A stretch of 64,000 bases of DNA from an uncultured bacterium (lineage in GTDB: Bacteria > Zixibacteria > MSB-5A5 > GN15 > FEB-12). The position numbers and the translations under genes were made by a program. This document shows positions 10,164-19,320 of this stretch, one piece after another; the stretch's first letter is position 1; every line of letters begins with the position of its first letter. The stretch is from NCBI GenBank assembly GCA_965372795.1, contig CBDVDR010000001.1, forward strand, positions 224,001 through 288,000. Reading direction: 5' to 3'. The notes below the pieces were generated by a model. That model did not search any database. It was given only the letters and a program-made list of their open reading frames with translations, and was not told the DNA's origin.

Positions 10164-11716
10164 ATTAAAACCAATATACCGATAGTTGAGATCAATATCA
10201 AGAATGAGATATAACCAATCAGATCACCATATTGTGTAAAAATTGAGTATTGTTCGAGCCGCTGAACACTTCCTACCATCGCTGAAACATCATATATGCC
10301 CAGCTCCTGCCTGATTCTTCCATAGTCATCGACAATATAACTAATACCGCTGTTAGCGACTCTGACACCCCAGCATCTATTTTCAACCGCCCGGGTTAAA
10401 AATATTCTGGAGTGCATATGAATCCCGACAGATTTTTTAAACCAGGTATCATTAGTAATGCCTACAATAAATTCGGCTCCTTCTCTTATAGAAGTACGAA
10501 CAAACTCTGGAAAGGTCGATTCAAAACAAATCAACACCGAATAAGTTGCCTCGGGCAGCTCAAACAGTTTTAAACTGTCTCCGGCATAAAAATCTGACCA
10601 CCATTGAACATTATAGGTCTCGATGAAGGTTAAATATTTCTTAAGAACTTTTTCCCTTAGAAACGGCACATAATCCTGATATGGTACTCGTTCTGCGAAC
10701 GGAACCAATTTCAATTTATCATATCTTTTTTCGATCATCCCCGAAGGGTTGAACTGATAACACGAATTATAATGAAACTCGTCATTCTGATTCAACTTTG
10801 CCCCTAAAGCCCCAACGAGATGATAGCCGTTTGTTTTTTTAGCAGTGTTACCGATTGCAGTCTGAGCCACCCGATCATGAGTAAGATAGCAGGGTGCCGA
10901 TGTTTCTGGCCAGATATACAAATTTATTGAATCATCAGCAATTGTTTGAGCCAGCGAATCATACAAATTATAACTATGAGCCTTATTATTTTTAGACCAT
11001 TTCACATCTAACGGAACCGAGCCCTGCAAAAGCGCCACCGGGTAATCACCCGGCACAGGATATTTAGGAACTACGATCCACCCATACGAGGTTAACATAG
11101 TTAAGATCAATAAAGATGAAAAAACGGCACTGATTTTGCGTTCGGGTGAAACCGACTTTCGAAAAAGCTGCATCAATAAAATATTAACCACTATAATTAT
11201 AAACGACAAACCATGAACCGATGTTACCGATACAATTTGAAGGATATATAAGTAATATGACTGGGTATAACCTAAATCTGACCAGGGAAATGCAAATTCC
11301 GAGAGATTCCGTAAATACTCCATCCCGACCCATAAAAACGGTAAAGTAACCAGACCATAAATCTTTTTAAAGTTATAGAGCTTTGAAAAAATTAGCAGCA
11401 CTATTGCATAGTAAAATGCTATATAAAAAACTGCCCCAATCATTCCCGGCGGTGTTACCAGTGCGATCCAATACATTGTGAAAAGGCTGAAAAAGAAACC
11501 AAAATAATACGATGCGTTAAACGCTTCTCGTCTGTTAAGAGAACCGATTATAAAAAACGGTCGCGCCAAAGACAGCCAGGCTAAAAATCCGAAATAACTG
11601 GAATAGAATGATAATGATAATAAGAATGCCCAGATAAGAAGCTCAAAACGTCGTTTCCGAAGATTAATAGCTTCCGGGATTATAACCCGATATAATTTTG
11701 AAAAAAATTTACTCAG
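10133..11716 (-). CDS. lnt: Apolipoprotein N-acyltransferase; start extended to a probable CTG at 11716
   Basis: WPETS, KLKLVPFAE, ICFES and ITNDTWF motifs; frame open 49 codons upstream of 11569, adding the first TM helix. Confidence 0.92.
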   Translation of the reverse strand: MSKFFSKLYRVIIPEAINLRKRRFELLIWAFLLSLSFYSSYFGFLAWLSLARPFFIIGSLNRREAFNASYYFGFFFSLFTMYWIALVTPPGMIGAVFYIAFYYAIVLLIFSKLYNFKKIYGLVTLPFLWVGMEYLRNLSEFAFPWSDLGYTQSYYLYILQIVSVTSVHGLSFIIIVVNILLMQLFRKSVSPERKISAVFSSLLILTMLTSYGWIVVPKYPVPGDYPVALLQGSVPLDVKWSKNNKAHSYNLYDSLAQTIADDSINLYIWPETSAPCYLTHDRVAQTAIGNTAKKTNGYHLVGALGAKLNQNDEFHYNSCYQFNPSGMIEKRYDKLKLVPFAERVPYQDYVPFLREKVLKKYLTFIETYNVQWWSDFYAGDSLKLFELPEATYSVLICFESTFPEFVRTSIREGAEFIVGITNDTWFKKSVGIHMHSRIFLTRAVENRCWGVRVANSGISYIVDDYGRIRQELGIYDVSAMVGSVQRLEQYSIFTQYGDLIGYISFLILISTIGILVLIWLIRKFIPA

Positions 11717-11720
11717 AGTG

Positions 11721-13259
11721 CTACCCTCTAACTAATAAAGATTTCCCGGTCATTTCCTTAGGCTGAACAAGCTTAAGAATATCAAGAATAGTCGGTGCGA
11801 TATCAGCCAGAATTCCTTCACCTTGTAATTGAATATTTCCAAGTTTATTTGAAGGATCAAACAGTATGCACGGCACCAAATTCGTAGTATGAGCTGTCCA
11901 GGGACAATCGTTCTCACGATCAATCATTTTTTCAGCATTTCCATGGTCGGCAGTTATAATTGCCACCCCATTTTGATTCTTAACCGCTTCAAGCAACCGG
12001 CCAAGTCCCGTATCAACCGCCTCAACCGCTTTGACTGCAGCCTCAATTATTCCCGTATGTCCAACCATATCACAATTTGCATAATTTAATAAAACAAAAT
12101 CATACTTACCCGACTCAATATTTTTAACCGCCTTATCAGTAACTTCTACCGATGACATCCCCGGCTGTAAATCATAGGTTGCTACTTTCGGCGAGGCAAC
12201 CAATTCCCGGTCTTCTCCCTCAAACGGAATTTCAGAACCACCGTTAAAAAAGAAAGTCACATGAGCATATTTTTCGGTCTCGGCGGTACGAAGCTGTTTC
12301 ATAGATGCTTCAGCAATAACCTCACCCAAAATTCGAGTTGGTCGGCTCGGTGGAAAGGCAACTTTGACCTCGGTCATTTTAGCATCATACTCAGTCATCG
12401 TTACCAAATCGACTTTTGGATTGGAGGGAGATTTGTATCCTTTTATATCTCTATCAAGCATCAGATACGAAATCTGCCTGACCCGATCAGAACGGAAATT
12501 AAATATTATTGCCAGATCTCCATCCTGTAAACGACCATCACGTTCCGTTCCATTATCAATAACAATCGGTTTAATAAATTCATCAGTAATATTTTCAGCA
12601 TACGATACCTTGACTGCTTCAATCGGATTATCAGATTTTATTCCTTCACCCAACGTAATTGCCCGCCAGCCTTGATCAATTCTCTCCCAGCGGTTATCCC
12701 GATCCATCCCGTAATACCGCCCCTGAATTGTAGCAATTTTACCTAATCCTATTTGATCAAATTTATCAAGGGTCTGCTGTAAATACTTAACCCCGCTTGT
12801 CGGAGGAGTATCCCGACCATCCATGAAAGCGTGCAGATAGAGTTTCTCTACCCCTTTGTCTTTAGCTATTTGTACCAGAGCATATAAATGGTCTAATGAA
12901 GAATGAACTTTACCATCCGACAGAAGTCCGAAAAGGTGAACAGGATTTCCTAAGGAAGCAGCTTTTTCAATTCCTTCGACAAAATTTTTATTAATGAAAA
13001 ATGATCTGTCTTCAATAGCTTTATCAATCCGCGATATATCCTGATAGATGACCCGTCCGGCGCCAAGATTGAGATGTCCCACTTCACTGTTACCCATCTG
13101 GCCATCGGGCAGACCGACCGCCAAACCGGAGCCATCAATTTTTGTATGAGGACAACTGCTTAATAAATTATCATAAGTCGGAGTATGGGCAAGTGAGATT
13201 GCATTATCGGAGGCGTCTTCCCTAAGTCCAAACCCGTCAAGAATGCAAAGTAAAACCAT
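11721..13259 (-). CDS. gpmI: 2,3-BPG-independent phosphoglycerate mutase
   Basis: ILDGFG, GQMGNSEVGH, ETEKYAHVTFF, DMVGHTG and TADHGN motifs. Confidence 0.98.
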   Translation of the reverse strand: MVLLCILDGFGLREDASDNAISLAHTPTYDNLLSSCPHTKIDGSGLAVGLPDGQMGNSEVGHLNLGAGRVIYQDISRIDKAIEDRSFFINKNFVEGIEKAASLGNPVHLFGLLSDGKVHSSLDHLYALVQIAKDKGVEKLYLHAFMDGRDTPPTSGVKYLQQTLDKFDQIGLGKIATIQGRYYGMDRDNRWERIDQGWRAITLGEGIKSDNPIEAVKVSYAENITDEFIKPIVIDNGTERDGRLQDGDLAIIFNFRSDRVRQISYLMLDRDIKGYKSPSNPKVDLVTMTEYDAKMTEVKVAFPPSRPTRILGEVIAEASMKQLRTAETEKYAHVTFFFNGGSEIPFEGEDRELVASPKVATYDLQPGMSSVEVTDKAVKNIESGKYDFVLLNYANCDMVGHTGIIEAAVKAVEAVDTGLGRLLEAVKNQNGVAIITADHGNAEKMIDRENDCPWTAHTTNLVPCILFDPSNKLGNIQLQGEGILADIAPTILDILKLVQPKEMTGKSLLVRG

Positions 13260-13261
13260 TG

Positions 13262-14314
13262 TTAGTCAACCAGCTTAACTATTTTTTCACCACTTATTAT
13301 CTGCCCGATACGATAAACTGTTTCATTCATTCCTTCGAGGAATTTTGTCACATCATCTGCAACATCAGGTGAAACAACCAGAATATAACCTATTCCCATA
13401 TTGAAGGCTGAGTAAATATCATCAGGATCAATATTGCCGGCTTTTTTAAGATAATCGAAAATCGGGAGTACATCCCAGGTACCTTTTTTGATCTCAGCAG
13501 ATAACCCGTCCGGCAAAATCCGTTTTAAATTCCCCGGAATTCCACCTCCGGTTATATGAGCCATGCCGTTAATCGTATGTTTATCTAAAAGCGGATGAAT
13601 AATCGGAGCATAACAGCGATGAACTTTCATCAAGGCTTCACTTATTGTACAACCAAGTTCATCAACCATATCAGTCGGCTTATGTCTGGCAATTTCGAAA
13701 GCAACTTTACGAGCTAAAGTATAACCGTTGGTATGCAGACCGTTGGAAGCCAGCCCCAAACAGATATCGCCTTCTTTGATGGTTGAGCCGTTGACAATTT
13801 TATCTTCATCAACCACCCCAACGATAAATCCGGCAAGATCATATTCTCCGGCTTGATATAAACCCGGCATTTCAGCCGTTTCACCGCCTAATAAAGCCAT
13901 TTTTGAATTACGACATCCACGACTTAAACCGTCTACTATACCAGTGATTGTATCCGGTTTGAGCTTTCCGGTTGCGATATAATCCAGAAAGAATAATGCC
14001 CGGGCACCATGAACCAAAATATCATTAACACAATGATTAACCAAATCTTCACCTACGGTATCATGTTTGTCATTCATGAAAGCCAGTTTCAACTTGGTAC
14101 CAACACCATCAGCCGAAGAAATCGTAACCGGACTTTTTATCCCAGAAAAATCAGGTTTAAAAAACCCGCCAAAGGCTCCGATCCCGGTTAAGACTTGCTT
14201 GTTGAAAGTTGTTGCCACCATTTGCTTTATGCGCTCGACGGATTTTTCGCCGGCTTTGACATCCACACCGCTATCAGCGTAGGTTAATTTTGTATTTTGA
14301 TTATTTTCTGTCAT
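13262..14314 (-). CDS. purM: AIR synthetase
   Basis: YADSGVD, DGVGTKL, GGETAEMPG and HITGGG motifs. Confidence 0.98.
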   Translation of the reverse strand: MTENNQNTKLTYADSGVDVKAGEKSVERIKQMVATTFNKQVLTGIGAFGGFFKPDFSGIKSPVTISSADGVGTKLKLAFMNDKHDTVGEDLVNHCVNDILVHGARALFFLDYIATGKLKPDTITGIVDGLSRGCRNSKMALLGGETAEMPGLYQAGEYDLAGFIVGVVDEDKIVNGSTIKEGDICLGLASNGLHTNGYTLARKVAFEIARHKPTDMVDELGCTISEALMKVHRCYAPIIHPLLDKHTINGMAHITGGGIPGNLKRILPDGLSAEIKKGTWDVLPIFDYLKKAGNIDPDDIYSAFNMGIGYILVVSPDVADDVTKFLEGMNETVYRIGQIISGEKIVKLVD

Positions 14315-14390
14315 GGAAATATATACAAATGTCCAACTCCAAAGTCAACTGTCATTGCCCTCATACCTGCAATTTCAGCTATAATCGAAC

Positions 14391-14419
14391 TTGCTAATAT
14401 ATCAGAATAAACCTAATTT
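14391..14419 (+). promoter_or_regulatory. Sigma-70 type promoter, probably giving a leaderless mRNA
   Basis: TTGCTA-17-TAATTT, 6 nt before ATG 14426; no SD. Confidence 0.5.
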
Positions 14420-14425
14420 TCCGGT

Positions 14426-15202
14426 ATGAAAAAATCCCCATATACAATACCCGAAATCTATGAAATTGCTTTCAATTTTAGAGATTTCAAAGAAGCTGTC
14501 GATTTTCTTGTAGAATCTGCAAAATCTACCGGTTTAAAAAATATCGATGCTATGGTAGAACTCGGCTGTGGTCCGGGGCAATATTGCTCTGAATTTGCCA
14601 AAAGAGAAATCGTCTCGTTTGGATTAGACATTTCTCCTGAGATGATAAATTATCTTAACCAAAAATCCAGGAACTTGAGTTGTAACGGAATTGAAGGAGA
14701 TTTTAGAAATTTCAAACTGCCTCAAAAAGTCAAACTTGCTGTTTGCATGATGGACACCTTTTCACATCTGCTGACCAACCGGGATGTCATCGACCATCTC
14801 AATTCGGTGGCTGATAATCTTACTTCGCAGGGGGTTTATATTATCGAATTGACCCATCCGAGAGATTTTCTTACTCAAGAAAAAAGCACTAAAAATGTCT
14901 GGACGATGGAACGTGATGGAATTTCTGTATCAACCGATTGGGGGTCTGATCCAACAGTTGATCCTTTAACAGAGATAGCAACATCAAATGTCTTAATAAA
15001 GGTCGAAAAAGATGGTAAATCCGATTCTTTCGAATTCGAGACCGAGACTAGATTGTATACCGCAGGATTGATGAGAGCTTTGATTGAGATGTCGGGACGG
15101 TTTAATATTACAACGATGTATGGTGATCTTAATATTGATCAGCCCTTCGATAACAGCAAAAAATCATGGCGCATGATATTAGTATTGAAGAAATTTGAGT
15201 AG
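14426..15202 (+). CDS. Class I SAM-dependent methyltransferase
   Basis: VELGCGPG motif I, GLDISPEM and GDFRNF motifs. Confidence 0.9.
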   Translation: MKKSPYTIPEIYEIAFNFRDFKEAVDFLVESAKSTGLKNIDAMVELGCGPGQYCSEFAKREIVSFGLDISPEMINYLNQKSRNLSCNGIEGDFRNFKLPQKVKLAVCMMDTFSHLLTNRDVIDHLNSVADNLTSQGVYIIELTHPRDFLTQEKSTKNVWTMERDGISVSTDWGSDPTVDPLTEIATSNVLIKVEKDGKSDSFEFETETRLYTAGLMRALIEMSGRFNITTMYGDLNIDQPFDNSKKSWRMILVLKKFE

Positions 15203-15238
15203 TGCAGGAACTCTGGGTGGATGTGATCCTAACGTTTT

Positions 15239-15267
15239 GGCAGAACCACTAAAGGGTTCTGCCCTAC
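15239..15267 (-). repeat. GTAG-tagged REP-like hairpin
   Basis: Minus strand GTAG-GGCAGAACC-CTTTAGT-GGTTCTGCC (9-bp perfect stem). Confidence 0.75.
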
Positions 15268-15273
15268 GAGAAC

Positions 15274-15837
15274 TTAATCTCCATAAGTAAATCCAATTTT
15301 ACCACCTTCTTGTCTTTTCATTTTAAATGTTAGTAATTTTGATTTTAGAATTTGATCCTGATCATCTTTTATTTTGAATTCAAATTCGAATAAGATATTG
15401 TTGATTTCCATTGGAATGTGAATATTATTATTTTTATTAAAATATATATATTGATATTTTTCTTTATTCCAATTTCCAGTATAGGTAGGTTCTTCACTAC
15501 TAGAAAGCACCTTGATTTTTTCCCCGGTTTCAAGAAAAGTGACTTCAACAGTATCTATAATTATTTTTACATTGAATTTATTATCAAAAAGTTTTTCAAC
15601 TTTTATAAGTGGTTGAAATAATATTGTATCAAGGTCAGGAATTTCATTTACGCCTGCTTGTTTATAAAATGCTCTTAATTCTGGAGCATGAATAATCCAC
15701 TTATCTACTGTAATATTATTAAATGACTTATCTTCAACAACAAATTGACGAGTTCTTAATTTTGTTAGACACCCCAACAAGACAAATATTACTAAATTAA
15801 CAAAGAAAATAAATTTAAAAATATTTTGGGTGTTCAT
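15274..15837 (-). CDS. Hypothetical lipoprotein, AT-rich accessory gene
   Basis: ATG 15837 with AGGAGA RBS; signal peptide ending in lipobox LLGC. Confidence 0.7.
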   Translation of the reverse strand: MNTQNIFKFIFFVNLVIFVLLGCLTKLRTRQFVVEDKSFNNITVDKWIIHAPELRAFYKQAGVNEIPDLDTILFQPLIKVEKLFDNKFNVKIIIDTVEVTFLETGEKIKVLSSSEEPTYTGNWNKEKYQYIYFNKNNNIHIPMEINNILFEFEFKIKDDQDQILKSKLLTFKMKRQEGGKIGFTYGD

Positions 15838-15860
15838 AACATCTCCTAATAAATATTCTC

Positions 15861-15976
15861 GTGGCCGGCAGATGTCCTCGTCTGTCGCTTTCAAGAATTG
15901 TGAGGAGCACAGAGCTCCTGACTTACTCAAACTCAAAAACACACGAAGTGTGTCATTGCGAACGAAGTGAAGCAAT
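15861..15976. repeat. Cluster of REP-like palindromes: GTGG- and GTAA-tagged hairpins, GAA mini-hairpin, TGTC-tagged hairpin
   Basis: 15861-15887 GTGG-CCGGCAGATG/CGTCTGTCG; 15899-15926 GGAGC/GCTCC hairpin plus TTAC; 15939-15953 ACACACGAAGTGTGT; 15951-15976 TGTC-ATTGC..GCAAT. Confidence 0.7.
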
Positions 15977-15986
15977 TCCCCCCTGA

Positions 15987-16973
15987 CTAACTGCCCTCTT
16001 CCCTGAGTATATCTAAAACCGTTTTGAAATCATCCGGCAGCTCGGTCTCAAACTTCATTTCTTCCCCGCTCTTGGGATGCACAAATTCCAATCGAGCCGC
16101 ATGCAACGCCTGACGATCATACATCTCAAGCAATTTTTTACTTAGTGGACGTTCCGGTCCAAACATCCCTTTATGCCATTTCGCCCGACCACCATAATCC
16201 GGATCGCCAAAAACAGGATGGCCGATATGTGACAGATGCACTCTGATCTGGTGGGTGCGACCGGTTTTTAATTGTAATTCAAGTAAATCATAGGAACGGA
16301 ATCGTTCCTTAAGTTTATATCCTGTTTGAGCTTCCCGGCTGTTATAATTTGTCACAATCATTTTCTTTCGATCTTTAATTGATCTCCCAATCGGAAGATC
16401 GACTTCCCCTTCATCTTCTTGCATATGCCCGCAAACCAGAGCTGTATAAATGCGTTTGACTTCCCTTTTCTGAATAGCTTCCTGCAATTTTTGAAGTATT
16501 TCATCAGTCTTGGCAACCAATAGCAAGCCTGATGTATTTTTATCAAGCCGGTGTACGATTCCCGGGCGGTCAACGGGAGAAGATTCAGGCAGATGATCAA
16601 AATGATAAATTATCGCATTAACCAATGTACCCGTGTAATTCCCTGCCCCCGGATGGGTAACCATTCCGGCAGGTTTGTTTATCACCGCCAGATAATCATC
16701 CTCGAAAACAATTTCAAGCGGAATATCCTCACCAACAATTTCTGATTTTTCAACCGGAGGAATAGACACAACTATTTTATCACCGGTTGCTACTTTATGT
16801 TTTTTATTAGCAACTTTATCATTGATTAAGATTAATTCATCTAAAATTAATTTCTGAACCCGACTTCGACTCAGGTTCAATTCGGAAACTTCACTTAAAA
16901 ATTTATCAAGCCTTAGTTTGCTAAATTCCTCTTGAACAGTAACTTCAACTATTTCATTTTTTGTAGTGCTCAA
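15987..16973 (-). CDS. rluD: RluD-family 23S rRNA pseudouridine synthase
   Basis: S4 domain; NKPAGM, GIVHRLDKNTSG and TGRTHQIRVH motifs. Confidence 0.95.
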   Translation of the reverse strand: MSTTKNEIVEVTVQEEFSKLRLDKFLSEVSELNLSRSRVQKLILDELILINDKVANKKHKVATGDKIVVSIPPVEKSEIVGEDIPLEIVFEDDYLAVINKPAGMVTHPGAGNYTGTLVNAIIYHFDHLPESSPVDRPGIVHRLDKNTSGLLLVAKTDEILQKLQEAIQKREVKRIYTALVCGHMQEDEGEVDLPIGRSIKDRKKMIVTNYNSREAQTGYKLKERFRSYDLLELQLKTGRTHQIRVHLSHIGHPVFGDPDYGGRAKWHKGMFGPERPLSKKLLEMYDRQALHAARLEFVHPKSGEEMKFETELPDDFKTVLDILREEGS

Positions 16974-16981
16974 TGTTTCAC

Positions 16982-17713
16982 CTAATTCGAAATGGGTTGA
17001 TATTGAAGTTGAGTAACCATCTCACGCACTGCTCGGTCAATCCCGACCAGCATGGACCTGGCACAAATCGAATATCCGATCACGAATTCATCGATAATAC
17101 CAATCTCAACCAGCGGTCGAACATTTTTATAATTCAAGCCACGCCCGCAAAGAACTGATAAATTTGATTTAACCGCAGAGTTTGCCGCTCTGTCGATCCG
17201 GTCAAGTTCGGTTTGAGCCTCATCAATTGATCTGGCATCGCTGTAACGGGAACAATCAAGCAAGACCGCCGATGCTCCGTTACGGGCAGCACCTTTTACA
17301 CTATCCTGCTCCGGTTCTACAAAGTAACAAACATTAACTGCCACGCCCTTAAACCGGGCGGCAAGATCACCAAAATCAGCAGTAACTGAATTAAAATCAA
17401 TCGGCGATACAGGTGAACTGCTGTCGGCATGATCAGCCACAAAGGTTACCATCCACGGCTTGACTTCAATAGCCTTTTCAATAAGTTCATCAGCCGGTGA
17501 AATTTCAATCGTTAATTTTGTTTTAACTACCCCGCGCAATAGATAAAGATCACGATCACGGATATGTTTGCGATTCCGCATTAATTGTACAGCAATGCCA
17601 TCAGCACCGGCTATTTCAGCCAATACTGCCGCCTGGCAGGGATCAGGTTCGCCTAAATGTCTTGTTTCCCGTAAGGCAGCAACCATATCTAAATTTACTG
17701 AAAGTAACGACAC
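16982..17713 (-). CDS. pdxJ: Pyridoxine 5'-phosphate synthase homologue with substituted active-site residues
   Basis: Length and AGADGI/RDL/GL pattern match PdxJ, but the catalytic His positions are replaced. Confidence 0.8.
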   Translation of the reverse strand: MSLLSVNLDMVAALRETRHLGEPDPCQAAVLAEIAGADGIAVQLMRNRKHIRDRDLYLLRGVVKTKLTIEISPADELIEKAIEVKPWMVTFVADHADSSSPVSPIDFNSVTADFGDLAARFKGVAVNVCYFVEPEQDSVKGAARNGASAVLLDCSRYSDARSIDEAQTELDRIDRAANSAVKSNLSVLCGRGLNYKNVRPLVEIGIIDEFVIGYSICARSMLVGIDRAVREMVTQLQYQPISN

Positions 17714-17749
17714 AACCCGCTCCTTTATTTTATTTCTGTATACGACTTA

Positions 17750-18541
17750 TTACTTAGTTATGTTACGAGAGTTGATAAGATCAGTCAATTTCAAAAATTT
17801 TTCTGTTGAAAGTTCTTCAGCTCTGATATTTTCCGGTAATTGTAATATTCCGAACAATTCCTCTCCGGTATTTTTATCAGAAATTAGCTCCGGCACCAGA
17901 TTATTGATTAAAAGTTTCCGTCGTTGTTTAAAAGCTGTTCGGATAATTTTTTCAAACAGCTGAAAATTGTTAATCTTCGGGACTTTTTTGGGCAACAGTT
18001 TAATCACCGATGAAGTTACCTTGGGGGCTGGACGAAAATGTTTGGGCGATATATCAAAACAGATCGAAATGTCAAAATACAATTGGGTAAAAATTGCAAT
18101 CGGCGACCACTCTTTATTTCCTGGCTGTGATGCCACCCGTAAAGCCATCTCTTTTTGAACCATTAACACAGCCACATCAATCTGTTGATGATTCCTAACA
18201 ATCCAATCTATCACCGGTGATGTAATATTATATGGGAGATTGCCTATCAATTTAAATTTATCAAACAACGGCTCAAATTTTAAAATATCTTCATTGATTA
18301 TTTCAAGATTAGATTCTTTTTCAAACAGTTTCTTAAGATACGGAATTAAATCCCGATCAAACTCAACTGCTGTAACTCTACTATTAGAATTAATTAATCG
18401 GGAAGTTATCGCTCCCCGCCCCGGTCCTATCTCAACAATTTGATCATTTTCAGAAATGGAAAGCTGTTCAACGATACGGTCAATAATTGAATCCGATGTT
18501 AAAAAATTCTGCCCTAATCTTTTTTTTGTTCGATACGGCAT
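17750..18541 (-). CDS. rsmA: 16S rRNA dimethyladenosine transferase
   Basis: LGQNFL, VEIGPGRG, GNLPYNI and AFKQRRK motifs. Confidence 0.97.
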   Translation of the reverse strand: MPYRTKKRLGQNFLTSDSIIDRIVEQLSISENDQIVEIGPGRGAITSRLINSNSRVTAVEFDRDLIPYLKKLFEKESNLEIINEDILKFEPLFDKFKLIGNLPYNITSPVIDWIVRNHQQIDVAVLMVQKEMALRVASQPGNKEWSPIAIFTQLYFDISICFDISPKHFRPAPKVTSSVIKLLPKKVPKINNFQLFEKIIRTAFKQRRKLLINNLVPELISDKNTGEELFGILQLPENIRAEELSTEKFLKLTDLINSRNITK

Positions 18542-18543
18542 TA

Positions 18544-19320
18544 TTAATCTCCGAACAATTCAACTAATCCAAACAGTTTCTGGCAGGCACGGTCGGTAAT
18601 TTTCTCTACTTCTTTGGATGAAATATTTCTGAGCTCTGCAACTTTATCACAAACGAATTTTACATAAGCAGGCTGATTGGTTTTCCCCCTGAAAGGCGTT
18701 GGTGCTAAAAATGGTGCATCGGTTTCAAGGATAATCTTCTCAAGGGGCACTTCGGCGGCTACCTTTGCCATCGTTGAATTTTTATAAGTTACGATTCCGC
18801 CAATTGATATCAAAAATCCAAGCTCAAAAACTTCATATGCTTCCTCAACATTCCCTGGGAAACAATGAAAAACTCCACCACATAGTTGTAAATTGTATTC
18901 TTTGATAATATCAATAGTATCCCGAAACGCATCCCGGGTGTGAATCACTATCGGTAACTTAACCTCGCCCGCCAGTTCAAGCTGTTGATGGAAAATTTTC
19001 TTTTGAATATTTCGAGGTGAGTTGTCACGATAAAAATCCAGTCCTATCTCACCAATCCCGACTACTTTATTGTGAGATGCAAGTTCTTTAATTTCGCTTA
19101 GAATCGAATCAGTCACATTTTTGGCATCATGAGGATGTACCCCAACAGTCGCATAGACCTCGCTATACTTTTCTGCAAGATCAATTGAATATTTTGATGA
19201 TTTTAAATCGGTCCCGATATTGATTAAGGTATGTACTCCCGCTTCAACAGCCTCATTGATAACTTCGTTGTGTTTGCCTGCATACTGTGGGAAATCGAGA
19301 TGGCAGTGTGAATCAATCAT
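18544..19320 (-). CDS. tatD: TatD-family hydrolase
   Basis: IDSHCHL, GVHPH, GEIGLD and ETDAP motifs. Confidence 0.95.
   Translation of the reverse strand: MIDSHCHLDFPQYAGKHNEVINEAVEAGVHTLINIGTDLKSSKYSIDLAEKYSEVYATVGVHPHDAKNVTDSILSEIKELASHNKVVGIGEIGLDFYRDNSPRNIQKKIFHQQLELAGEVKLPIVIHTRDAFRDTIDIIKEYNLQLCGGVFHCFPGNVEEAYEVFELGFLISIGGIVTYKNSTMAKVAAEVPLEKIILETDAPFLAPTPFRGKTNQPAYVKFVCDKVAELRNISSKEVEKITDRACQKLFGLVELFGD

Noticed and set aside
15838..15975. N-terminal extension MLHFVRND... of ORF 15274..15975
   Set aside because: It is a translation of the REP cluster; the RBS and lipoprotein signal point to ATG 15837
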